Assembly: GCA_038213435.1 (NCBI GenBank)
Contig: JBBQTI010000003.1
Span: 77,269 to 141,268 of the forward strand
Length of the DNA stretch: 64,000 bases
Direction of reading: 5' to 3'
Origin: Acidimicrobiia bacterium
GTDB taxonomy: Bacteria > Actinomycetota > Acidimicrobiia > IMCC26256 > PALSA-610
Positions within the stretch are counted from its first letter, which is position 1. Each line of letters starts with the position of its first letter. The notes under the pieces were generated by a model. It searched no databases. It worked only from the letters and a program-made list of their open reading frames with translations, and was not told where the DNA came from. The position numbers and the translations under genes were made by a program. Of the stretch, positions 8,793-17,062 are shown piece by piece.

Positions 8793-9604
8793 CGAATGAG
8801 ACGAATGAATCGCCCCTCGAGCTCATCGCGGTCGACGACCCCGCGCCCGGCGTCCGCCGCATCACTCTCAACCGTCCCGAGAAGCGCAACGCGATCAACA
8901 ACCAGATGCGCGCCGAGCTGTTCGCGACGCTGGAAGCCTCCGACCTCGACGACGCGGTCCACGTCACGATCGTCCGGGGCTCGGGCTCCTGCTTCTCGTC
9001 CGGCTACGACCTCAAACCCTCCCGGGCCGACGACGAACGTCCGTACTACACCGCCGGTGGCGACGGCGGCTGGTCGCGTCACGTCACCGAGGGTTGGGTG
9101 CGCATCTGGGATCTCGCCAAGCCGGTCATCGCGCAAGTTCACGGTTACGCCATGGCGGGCGGCACCGAGCTCGCCGCCGCGTGCGATCTCGTCTATGTCG
9201 CGCACGACGCGACGTTCAGCTATCCGATTGTCCGCGTCATCAGTCCGCCCGACTTCCAGTACCACCCCTGGCTCGTCGGCATGCGCAACGCGATGGAGCT
9301 CGTGCTCACCGGCGATCCGATCACCGGAGACGACGCGGTGCGCATGGGGTTGGCGAACCGGGCGTTTCCCGCCGCCGAGCTCGACACGAGGGTCGTCGCG
9401 ATCGCGTCCCGCATCGCCGGCGTACCGGCCGAGCTCCTGCAGATCAACAAGCGCAGCGTGCACCGCGCGATGGAGATCATGGGAATCCGCACCGGCCTAC
9501 GCGCGGGATCGGAGCTCCAGGGCCTGGCGACCAAGCTGCCGGCCGTACAGGCGCTGCTCGCGGGCGACACGGTCGCGAGCGTGAAGCAGGCCGCGGGTCA
9601 GTGA
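8789..9604 (+). CDS. enoyl-CoA hydratase/isomerase (crotonase) family
   Basis: 271 aa. ITLNRPEKRNAI, GSGSCFSSGYDL, VHGYAMAGGTELAAACD. Confidence 0.9.
   Translation: MTNETNESPLELIAVDDPAPGVRRITLNRPEKRNAINNQMRAELFATLEASDLDDAVHVTIVRGSGSCFSSGYDLKPSRADDERPYYTAGGDGGWSRHVTEGWVRIWDLAKPVIAQVHGYAMAGGTELAAACDLVYVAHDATFSYPIVRVISPPDFQYHPWLVGMRNAMELVLTGDPITGDDAVRMGLANRAFPAAELDTRVVAIASRIAGVPAELLQINKRSVHRAMEIMGIRTGLRAGSELQGLATKLPAVQALLAGDTVASVKQAAGQ
8792..8809 (+). repeat. 9-bp x2 in-frame tandem duplication at codons 2-7 (ACGAATGAG ACGAATGAA = TNE TNE)
   Basis: Read directly from the sequence: gtg ACGAATGAG ACGAATGAA tcg. Confidence 0.8.
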
Positions 9605-9650
9605 CCAGCACTTCGGGTGACGCGTCGAGTGGCCGTTCGACTGGCGACGC

Positions 9651-11162
9651 GTGACCGATCGAACCAATAGAGACGCGTGGGAGCCGATCCTCGCGCAGCT
9701 CGAGCACCGGCGCGCATCGAGTCGCGAGATGGGCGGGTCCGAACGCGTCGACCGGCATCACGGACGCGCCAAGCTCGACGCGCGCCAGCGGATCGACGCC
9801 CTGTTCGACGCCGGCACCTTCGCGGAGCTCGGCGCGTTCACGGGCGCCCCCGACGCCCCGGCCGACGCGCTCGTCGCGGGGCTGGGACGCATCGACGGGC
9901 GCCCCGTATTGGCCGGCGTCGAAGACTTCACGGTGCTCGGCGGCTCGATCGGCACCGGCGCGGCCGACAAGCGCTACCGCCTCGCGCAACTCGCGCGTCA
10001 GGAGCGGGTGCCGGTCGTGTTCATGCTCGAAGGCGCCGGCCACCGGCTCACGAACAAGCCGAGCGGGCGCAAGCCCAACGACCTCCAGGCACTCGCCGAG
10101 CTGTCGGGCATCGTGCCGATGGTGTGCCTCGTGCTCGGGCCGTCGGCGGGGCACGGCGCGTTGACCGCGCCCCTGTCGGATTTCGTCGTCATGACTCCCG
10201 ACTCGCAGCTCTTCAGCGCCGGGCCGCCGCTCGTGAAGGACGCGATCGGCGAAGACGTGACGAAGGAGGAGCTCGGCGGGCCGCAGGTGCACATCGAGAC
10301 GTCGGGCGTGGCGCACAACCTCGCCGCCGACGACGCCGACGCGATCGCGACCGCGCGGCGCTACCTCTCCTACTTCCCTGCGAACGCGTGGACCGCGCCG
10401 CCGGGCGGTGTCGGAGGGCCCGACACCGGTCCGCGCCGGCTCGACGATCTCCTCGACGTGATCCCGCCGAACCCGCGCCAGCCGTATTCGATGCGCGCCG
10501 TCGTCGAGCGCTTGGTCGACGAGGCGTCCTGCTTCGAGGTGCAGCCGCACTACGGCGCGGCGATCGTCACCGCGCTCGCGCGGCTCGGAGGCCGCAGTGT
10601 CGCGATCGTGGCCAACGACCCGAGTGTCCGGGCCGGCACCGTCGACACCGCGGCCGCGGAGAAGGCCGCGCACTTCCTCGACGTGGCGGGCGCGTTCCAC
10701 CTGCCGTGCATCCTCCTCGCCGACAACCCCGGGGTGATGGCAGGCACGCAGGCCGAGCGGACGGGCGCACTGCGGGCCGTCGCGCGTATGTTCGCGTCGC
10801 AGCACCGGCTGCGCGGACCGAAGTTGCACGTCACGGTCCGCAAGGCGTTCGGGTTCGGCTCGTCGATCATGGGCATGAACCCGTTCGACGGCCAGACCAT
10901 CTCGCTGACGTTTCCCGCGATCACGCTCGGCGCGCTCCCGGCGTCGAGCGGCGCCGCCTCCGCGAAGCTCACCGACGACGAGGCGGCCCTCATCGCGGCG
11001 GAACAGTCGGCCGCGGCTTTCCGCAGCGCGAGCGGCATGGGTTACGACGATGTCATCGATCCGCGCGACCTTCGTAACGCGCTGCTGCACGGCATGACGT
11101 TGAGCGAGAACCGCGCCTCGGGCCCGTTCCGTCCGGTACGTCACGTCGGCATCAGCCCCTGA
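9651..11162 (+). CDS. acyl-CoA carboxylase carboxyltransferase (beta) subunit
   Basis: 503 aa. N-terminus RVDRHHGRAKLDARQRIDALFDAGTFAELG, then two CT half-domains (GGSIGTGAADK..., NPGVMAGTQAERTGALRA). Confidence 0.85.
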   Translation: MTDRTNRDAWEPILAQLEHRRASSREMGGSERVDRHHGRAKLDARQRIDALFDAGTFAELGAFTGAPDAPADALVAGLGRIDGRPVLAGVEDFTVLGGSIGTGAADKRYRLAQLARQERVPVVFMLEGAGHRLTNKPSGRKPNDLQALAELSGIVPMVCLVLGPSAGHGALTAPLSDFVVMTPDSQLFSAGPPLVKDAIGEDVTKEELGGPQVHIETSGVAHNLAADDADAIATARRYLSYFPANAWTAPPGGVGGPDTGPRRLDDLLDVIPPNPRQPYSMRAVVERLVDEASCFEVQPHYGAAIVTALARLGGRSVAIVANDPSVRAGTVDTAAAEKAAHFLDVAGAFHLPCILLADNPGVMAGTQAERTGALRAVARMFASQHRLRGPKLHVTVRKAFGFGSSIMGMNPFDGQTISLTFPAITLGALPASSGAASAKLTDDEAALIAAEQSAAAFRSASGMGYDDVIDPRDLRNALLHGMTLSENRASGPFRPVRHVGISP

Positions 11163-11222
11163 GTCAAGGAACTTCTGAGACAAGGAACCCCTGAGACAAG
11201 GAACCTCTGAGACAAGGAAACG
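11159..11222 (+). repeat. four tandem 16-bp units (CTGAGTCAAGGAACTT / CTGAGACAAGGAACCC / CTGAGACAAGGAACCT / CTGAGACAAGGAAACG)
   Basis: Read directly. Unit 1 contains the TGA stop of the carboxyltransferase gene (11160-11162). Unit 4 ends 1 nt before ATG 11224. Every unit carries TGA plus AAGGAA. Confidence 0.9.
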
Positions 11223-11223
11223 G

Positions 11224-12030
11224 ATGTCATTCGTCGAGATCGACAAGCCCCGCCCGCACGTAGCGCTCGTGACGCTGAACCGTCCGGAGCGCCTGAACGC
11301 GATGGCGTTCGATGTGATGATCCCGCTGCGCCAGGCTCTGGAGACATTGAGTCACGACAACGACGTGCGCATCGTCGTGCTCACCGGCGCCGGCCACGGG
11401 TTCTGCTCGGGCGCCGACCTCGAGGATGCCGGCATCGTGCCGAACATCGACGGCTTGACCGTCACCTCGATCGCCCGGCGCGCGCTCGAGCTCCTCGACG
11501 ACGTGATCACCGCGATTCGCAAGGTGCACCAACCCGTGATCGGCGCGATCAACGGTGCCGCGATCGGCGGCGGGTTCTGCCTGGCGTGCGCGTGCGACAT
11601 CCGCATCGCGTCCGAGGCCGCGTACTTCCGGGCCGCGGGGATCAACAACGGCCTCACCGCGAGCGAGCTCGGCATCTCGTACCTGCTCCCGCGCGAAATT
11701 GGCTCCGCGCGCGCGTTCGACATCATGCTCACGGGCCGCGACGTCGACGCCGCGGAGGCGGAGCGCATTGGCCTGGTTTCGCGCGTCGTCACCGGCGAAC
11801 TGCTGCTGGAGGAGTGCTACTCGGTCGCGGAGCGCATGATCGGCTTCTCGCGCGTCGGAGTCGAGGTCACCAAGCGCATGCTCTGGTCGAGCCTCGACGC
11901 GGCCAGCCTGCACGCACACATGGACCACGAAGGCATCGCCCAGCTCTACGTGCGCCTCACCACCCAGAACTTCGAGGAGGCCATCCGCGCCCGCAAGGAA
12001 AGCGCTCCCCCGAGTACCGAGACTGAGTGA
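11224..12030 (+). CDS. enoyl-CoA hydratase/isomerase (crotonase) family
   Basis: 268 aa. VTLNRPERLNAM, GAGHGFCSGADL, INGAAIGGGFCLACACD. Confidence 0.9.
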   Translation: MSFVEIDKPRPHVALVTLNRPERLNAMAFDVMIPLRQALETLSHDNDVRIVVLTGAGHGFCSGADLEDAGIVPNIDGLTVTSIARRALELLDDVITAIRKVHQPVIGAINGAAIGGGFCLACACDIRIASEAAYFRAAGINNGLTASELGISYLLPREIGSARAFDIMLTGRDVDAAEAERIGLVSRVVTGELLLEECYSVAERMIGFSRVGVEVTKRMLWSSLDAASLHAHMDHEGIAQLYVRLTTQNFEEAIRARKESAPPSTETE

Positions 12031-12041
12031 GGCCCGGGTGA

Positions 12042-12515
12042 TCATGGGCCGCCCCGCCTCACCGTCCGGGCGAGGATCCCGAGGGTGGCCCGGAGCGCAC
12101 CCTCGGATATGACGGGGAAGATGCCCGCTTCTTTCCACACGGGATCGATCGACGACCAGTCGTAGTACGAGGTGACAAGTGTGCCGCCGTCGACCGGCGC
12201 GAGCGTGTATCCGTAGACGTGGCCGATCGGCGGGCGGATCTGGCCGAGGATCGTCCACGCGATCTCGCGGTCGGGAACGAGTGTGGTGATGGTGACGGTC
12301 ACGTCGTAGCGGCCCATCGGGAAGTCGTTCAGGGCCTCGCGGTCCATGTGCACGACGAAGCTGTCGCCCACCGCGGCCACGGGCTCGCCCGTGGCGTCCA
12401 TCAGCATGCCGGAGCTGTCGATCGCCACATGTCCGTGCGGATCGCACAGCACCCGGAAGACCGCCGCCGGCTCGGCCTCGATGGTCCGCTGCACTTCCAG
12501 CCGCTCGGTCGTCAT
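12042..12515 (-). CDS. SRPBCC (START/polyketide-cyclase-like) family protein
   Basis: 157 aa. LEVQRTIEAEPAAVFRVLCDP...; the size and pattern are typical of SRPBCC ligand-binding proteins. Confidence 0.7.
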   Translation of the reverse strand: MTTERLEVQRTIEAEPAAVFRVLCDPHGHVAIDSSGMLMDATGEPVAAVGDSFVVHMDREALNDFPMGRYDVTVTITTLVPDREIAWTILGQIRPPIGHVYGYTLAPVDGGTLVTSYYDWSSIDPVWKEAGIFPVISEGALRATLGILARTVRRGGP

Positions 12516-12536
12516 CTGCGCATCCTGCCACTGTCG

Positions 12537-12917
12537 TCAAAGCGGTCGGTGCTTGCCTGCCGGTCCCGGTGTGATGTGTACGAGCCGGCTCGGCTCACGG
12601 ACGTCGACCCGGTGCCACACGCCTCTCGGCACGAGGATCGCCTGGCCCGGTTGCAGCGACTCGACGCGTTCCGCGCCGACGGTCGCCTCGTCGCCGCCGT
12701 CTTCGGTGATGACGTCGATGCGTCCCGAGACGAGATAGAGCAGCTCGTCGCCATCGGGGTGCATCTCGCCGCGATGCGGTGCGTTGCTCGTCATGAGAGG
12801 CGCACCGACCGTGAAACCGTCGACCCGCACGGGCCCGCCCGGTTGCGGTTGGACGACCTCTGACGAACCATCACGAAGCAGGGCCGCAACCGCAGCGTCC
12901 AACTCGAACGAAGGCAT
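12537..12917 (-). CDS. cupin domain protein
   Basis: 126 aa. HRGEMHPDGDELLYLVSG ... GQAILVPRGVWHR (two-His cupin motifs). Confidence 0.7.
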   Translation of the reverse strand: MPSFELDAAVAALLRDGSSEVVQPQPGGPVRVDGFTVGAPLMTSNAPHRGEMHPDGDELLYLVSGRIDVITEDGGDEATVGAERVESLQPGQAILVPRGVWHRVDVREPSRLVHITPGPAGKHRPL

Positions 12918-12923
12918 CTGTTC

Positions 12924-14027
12924 CTACGACCAGTACGTCCCGGCGAGCATCGCCTCGAGCAGGCTGCGGAACATGATGAGGTCGTCGGGGTCGGCGGGCT
13001 CCTCCATCGTGCCGTACGCGATACCCCGCTTGCTCGTGCGAATCGAGACGATCGCGAACCGCAGCGCGGCGAACACCTCGAACCAGTCGAGGTTCCTGGC
13101 CGCGTGCCCGCTCAGCGTCTCGTACTCGGCGATGACCGAGTCGCGCTGCATGAAGTCGGTCATCCCCGGCAGCCCGAATCCCACCGCCATGTCGTGGAAG
13201 AACTCGTGCAGGAAGATCATCCACGCGAGGTCGACCTCGCGCGGGCCCACGGTCGCCATCTCCCAGTCGAGCACGGCGATCGGCGTGAAGTCGCGGTACA
13301 AGATGTTGCCGACCCGCGCGTCGCCCCAGTTGAACACCGTTTCGCCCTCGTCGGGCCAGTGCGCGTCGAGCCACGCGAATGTCGCGTCGATCAACGGGTA
13401 CGAGGCGCCCTCGCGCGCCCAGTCGTAATACCAGCGCTCGTGCCCGACCTGCTGACGCAGCGCGGTCGATCCGTGTTGCGGCCGCGCCAGGAACGAGAGG
13501 TCAGCGTTCGCGGGCGTGATCTCGTGCACCTTCTTCAGTACCTCGAGCGTGCGGGTCTGCATCGCGGCCCGCGTCTCCGGCGGCGCGTCGGCGACCCAGC
13601 CGCCGAACACGTACGGCGGGATATCGGGCGGCGCCTCGCCGTCGATCCGGCGCATCACGAGGAACGGGGTGCCGAGCCATTGCGGGTCGAGCTCGACCCA
13701 GCGGACGTCGGGCGCAGGAACATCGGTGCGAGTCCGGACGAGGTTCATGCACTTGGCCTGCAGCTCGATGTCGTACTCGGGGAACACGGGGTACACGTCG
13801 GGCATCGGCGCGAGCCGCGCCGCGTAACGCTCGCGCTCGCCGCCGAGCGTCATCTCGAAGAGCACCGTCTCGCTCGACATTCCGTTGCCGGGAGACGACG
13901 CGCTCGAAACCCCCGCATCCGCTCCGAGCGTCGCCCGCGCCCAATTCTCGACGGCCGGTCCGACCTCGTCGAGGTCGCGTCGCCACGGCGTGTCCAACTC
14001 CATCGCTTTTTCTTGCTCAGGCGGCAT
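12924..14027 (-). CDS. phosphotransferase (APH/choline-kinase-like) family protein
   Basis: Track ORF 12924..14081. I prefer ATG 14027 (MPPEQEKAMELD...), which is preceded by CAGGATGTGACG. Kinase-like block NWGDARVGNILY..DWE. The 18 upstream codons (MFARMFVRMFVRCCQDVT) are generated by the 12-bp repeat array. Confidence 0.8.
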   Translation of the reverse strand: MPPEQEKAMELDTPWRRDLDEVGPAVENWARATLGADAGVSSASSPGNGMSSETVLFEMTLGGERERYAARLAPMPDVYPVFPEYDIELQAKCMNLVRTRTDVPAPDVRWVELDPQWLGTPFLVMRRIDGEAPPDIPPYVFGGWVADAPPETRAAMQTRTLEVLKKVHEITPANADLSFLARPQHGSTALRQQVGHERWYYDWAREGASYPLIDATFAWLDAHWPDEGETVFNWGDARVGNILYRDFTPIAVLDWEMATVGPREVDLAWMIFLHEFFHDMAVGFGLPGMTDFMQRDSVIAEYETLSGHAARNLDWFEVFAALRFAIVSIRTSKRGIAYGTMEEPADPDDLIMFRSLLEAMLAGTYWS

Positions 14028-14032
14028 CGTCA

Positions 14033-14090
14033 CATCCTGACAACATCTGACAAACATCCTGACGAACATCCTGGCGAACATCTTGTCACC
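14033..14090 (-). repeat. five tandem 11-12-bp units (plus strand ACATCCTGACA / ACATCTGACAA / ACATCCTGACGA / ACATCCTGGCGA / ACATCTTGTCAC)
   Basis: Read directly. On the coding (minus) strand most units read ..CAGGATGT.. (one reads CAGATGT and one CAAGATGT), so ATGs recur every 11-12 nt. The array fills the gap between the SDR stop (14094) and the phosphotransferase start. Confidence 0.85.
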
Positions 14091-14093
14091 GGA

Positions 14094-14864
14094 TCACCCG
14101 CGCGGTGTCGGGTAATCGTCGGGTCGAACGGCCGCGTCGGTCCCGCCGTCGGCGAACACCACCGACCCGCAGAAGAAGCCCGCGTCGGGAGAGAGGAGAT
14201 ACGCGAGCAGGCTCGCGATCTCGGAAGGCAGGCCGGGACGACCGATCGGCACGGGGAACGTGTCGGGGATGCTGAAGATGAACTCGAGGTCGTCCTTCGT
14301 CATCGGGGTCTCGATCACCCCCGGTGCGACGGCGTTGAGCCGGACGCCCGCGCCGATCCAGTCCGGCTGCGGCGCGTGGTGACGGACCCAGCGCGCGAGC
14401 GCGAGCTTGGAAGCGGGGTACGCGAACACACCCGGGGCGCGGCTCATCGCCGCGAGCGCCTGCGCTTCGTCACCCGCCAAGATCACGTCGACGAGGTCGG
14501 TCGGCAGCCCGGGAGTCGTCGTCGTCGCGTTCGAGCTGATCGCGACGGCGGATGCGTCGGTGCCCTGCACGAGGAGCGGTCGCAGCCCGTCCAACGACGC
14601 GATCGCACCGAAGTAGTTGATCGCGACCACGAGCGGCTGATCGCCCATGATGCCCGCGCCCGCAACGAGCCCGTCGAGCACGCCGCCGCAGAGCTCGGTG
14701 ACGGCCGCGACCATCGCGTCACGCCCGGCCGGTGTCGAGAGGTCGGCGATCACCTCCGCGTCGCGCACGTCGACGCCGATGACGCGCGCGCCGCCGTCCT
14801 CCAGCCGGGCGCGGGTCGCGGCACCGATGCCGCCCGCGGAGCCGGTGACGCAGACCGTGCGCAC
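14094..14864 (-). CDS. SDR family oxidoreductase
   Basis: 256 aa. VTGSAGGIGAA and YPASKLAL (YxxxK). The GTG start abuts the stop of the upstream ligase gene. Confidence 0.85.
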   Translation of the reverse strand: MRTVCVTGSAGGIGAATRARLEDGGARVIGVDVRDAEVIADLSTPAGRDAMVAAVTELCGGVLDGLVAGAGIMGDQPLVVAINYFGAIASLDGLRPLLVQGTDASAVAISSNATTTTPGLPTDLVDVILAGDEAQALAAMSRAPGVFAYPASKLALARWVRHHAPQPDWIGAGVRLNAVAPGVIETPMTKDDLEFIFSIPDTFPVPIGRPGLPSEIASLLAYLLSPDAGFFCGSVVFADGGTDAAVRPDDYPTPRG

Positions 14865-16430
14865 TCAGTGAACCTGCCTCTCGGTGCTCCCCCAGTACTG
14901 CGCGCGCAGCGCCTTCTTGTCGGGCTTGCCGAGCGGGCTCAACGGGATCGCGTCGGCGAACTCGACCGACTTGGGCGCGTGGTGGGCGCCTTTGTGCTCC
15001 TTGACCAGCGCGATCAGCTCGTCGGGCGCAACCGTCGCGTCGGGTCGCAGCACGACAATCGCCTTGACGGCCTCGCCCCATTTTTCGTCGGGCACTCCGA
15101 TGACTGCGCATTGAGAGACCGCGGGATGTCGCGCGAGCACGTCCTCGATCTCTCGCGGAAATAGGTTGAAGCCCCCGCTCACGATCATGTCCTTCTTGCG
15201 GTCGACGATCGTGTAGAAGCCGTGGGCGTCCTCGCGCGCGATGTCGCCGGTGTGCAGCCAGCCACCCTGCAGCGCCGCTTCCGTCTCGGCCGGCTTCTTC
15301 CAGTAACCCGCCATCACGAGTGGACCCTGCACGCAGATCTCACCGGGTTCGCCGCGCGTCACCTCGTTCAGGTCTTCGTCGAGCAGTCGGACCCGCACCC
15401 ATGGTGTCGGGCGGCCACAAGTTGCGAGCCGGTCGAGGTCGTTCACGTCGTGATCTTCCTTCTTCAGCGACGTGATGGCCATCGGGCACTCGGCCTGCCC
15501 GTAGTACTGGAAGAAGATCGGGCCGAGGCGCGTGATCGCCTCCTGCAATCGGGTCGGCGAGCACGCGGCTGCGCCGTAATAGACGGTACGCAGGCTCGAC
15601 ACATCGGTGCGATCGAGCTGCGGATGATCGAGCAGGACGTACAGCATCGTCGGCACGAGCATCGTCGCGGTGATGCGGTACTTCGCGATCGTCTCGAGGA
15701 AGAGTCCGGGCTCGAAGTGCGGCAGCACGACGATCGAGCCGCCGGTCAGCAACGTCGGGATGAAGAACGCTGCACCCGCATGCGAGAGCGGCGTGCATAT
15801 GAGGAAGCGCGTGTCCTCCGGCCATTCCCATTCCGCCATCTGGATCATCGTCATCGTCGCACCGCTGCGGTACGTGCCCATCACACCCTTGGGCTTGCCG
15901 GTGGTGCCGCCGGTGTACGCGAGCCCGGCGACATCTTCGGGTTGCACGTCGGGTGCAACGAGCCGTCGAGGCGAGAACGTCGACGCGAGCGTGAGGAGAT
16001 CTTCACCGACCTCGCACGGACCGAACGAGAGCAGCCGCTTCAATCCCGGACAGCGCTCCTGTAGTTGTTGCGCGCGCTCGGCGAAAGTCGGATCGAACAC
16101 GAGGGTCTCGAGCTCGGCGTCGTCGATCACGTACGCGTGATCGTCGACCGAACCGAGCGGGTGCAACGCGCTGGCGCGGCACCCGGTCACCATGTTTGCC
16201 CCGAGCGTGAACAGCACCTCGGGTCGGTTGGGCGACAGGATCGCGACCGGGCTTCCCTTCGTCAGCCCCTGCGCGGCGTACGCCTGCGCGTAGCAACTCA
16301 TCTGCGCCGCGACCTCCCGCCCGGTGAGTACCTGATCACCGAGATAGACGGCGGGCCGATCGGGATGGCGGTTCAGCGCCGCGACCAACAGATCGGGAAG
16401 GAACATGGCCTTGTGCAGGTCGTCGGTCAC
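14865..16430 (-). CDS. AMP-dependent acyl-CoA synthetase/ligase
   Basis: Protein-like part of track ORF 14865..16625. GTG 16430 (VTDDLHKAMFLPDLL...) or ATG 16406. YTGGTTGKPKGV, GYWKKPAETE, DRKKDMIVSGGFN. Confidence 0.85.
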   Translation of the reverse strand: MTDDLHKAMFLPDLLVAALNRHPDRPAVYLGDQVLTGREVAAQMSCYAQAYAAQGLTKGSPVAILSPNRPEVLFTLGANMVTGCRASALHPLGSVDDHAYVIDDAELETLVFDPTFAERAQQLQERCPGLKRLLSFGPCEVGEDLLTLASTFSPRRLVAPDVQPEDVAGLAYTGGTTGKPKGVMGTYRSGATMTMIQMAEWEWPEDTRFLICTPLSHAGAAFFIPTLLTGGSIVVLPHFEPGLFLETIAKYRITATMLVPTMLYVLLDHPQLDRTDVSSLRTVYYGAAACSPTRLQEAITRLGPIFFQYYGQAECPMAITSLKKEDHDVNDLDRLATCGRPTPWVRVRLLDEDLNEVTRGEPGEICVQGPLVMAGYWKKPAETEAALQGGWLHTGDIAREDAHGFYTIVDRKKDMIVSGGFNLFPREIEDVLARHPAVSQCAVIGVPDEKWGEAVKAIVVLRPDATVAPDELIALVKEHKGAHHAPKSVEFADAIPLSPLGKPDKKALRAQYWGSTERQVH

Positions 16431-16498
16431 GGCGTGTGTCCTACCGCCTCGCGTGCGCCGCGGTCCAACGGAGGTTGTGCGGCATTTCCGGGTCGTGG

Positions 16499-17062
16499 AT
16501 GATCGAGGGCGTGGACGAGCTCGTCGAGCGTCATCGCCGGGCGTGCGACGGGCTTTCGCGGGTCGCGCACGCAGTGCCCCCGGGGTCGTGGTGGGCACCA
16601 ACACCCTGCACCGAGTGGACGGCACGCGACGTCGTCGAGCACGTCATCGGCTTTCACGAGTTCCTGCTGCTGCGACCGCTCGGCGTGCGCGCGCAACGCC
16701 CGCGCGACGACGCCGCCGCGCGTTGGGACGCGACGTCGGTCGCGCTGTTCACCGCGCTCGCGGCCGATGGCGTGCTCGATCGCGCGACCGAGCTCCCGGG
16801 CGGAGGCAACAGCACCCCGCGCGCGATGATCGGCGCGCTCACGACCGACGTTCTGGTGCACACCTGGGACCTCGCACGCGCCGCCCGGGCTCCCGCCGCG
16901 CTCGACGAGGAGTTGTGCGCCCGGGGCCACACTGCTCTTCGCGAGTCCGAGTTCCGGCGCGACCCGGCGATGTTCGGCCCCGAGGTCGCGATTGGTGAGC
17001 ACGCGTCGGCCGCCGACCGGCTCGTCGCGTTCTACGGCCGCGACCCGGGATGGGAGCCGTAG
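16499..17062 (+). CDS. DinB-fold / mycothiol-maleylpyruvate-isomerase N-terminal-domain-like protein
   Basis: ATG 16499 inside track ORF 16436..17062 (MIEGVDELVERHRRACDGL...PTPCTEWTARDVVEHVIG...TTDVLVHTWDLARA). Same architecture as the gene at 18030. Confidence 0.7.
   Translation: MIEGVDELVERHRRACDGLSRVAHAVPPGSWWAPTPCTEWTARDVVEHVIGFHEFLLLRPLGVRAQRPRDDAAARWDATSVALFTALAADGVLDRATELPGGGNSTPRAMIGALTTDVLVHTWDLARAARAPAALDEELCARGHTALRESEFRRDPAMFGPEVAIGEHASAADRLVAFYGRDPGWEP

Noticed and set aside
9605-9650. Nested inverted repeats (GGTGACGCGTC...GACGCGTGACC with inner GTCGA/TCGAC) between a crotonase and the carboxyltransferase gene.
   Set aside because: The repeats are imperfect and lie within a 46-bp intra-operon spacer. 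They may slightly structure the mRNA, but there is no basis for a specific regulatory call.
11159-14090. Considered whether the 16-bp and 12-bp repeat arrays could be small CRISPR arrays.
   Set aside because: The units are directly adjacent with no spacers, they are far too short, and there are no cas genes in the window.
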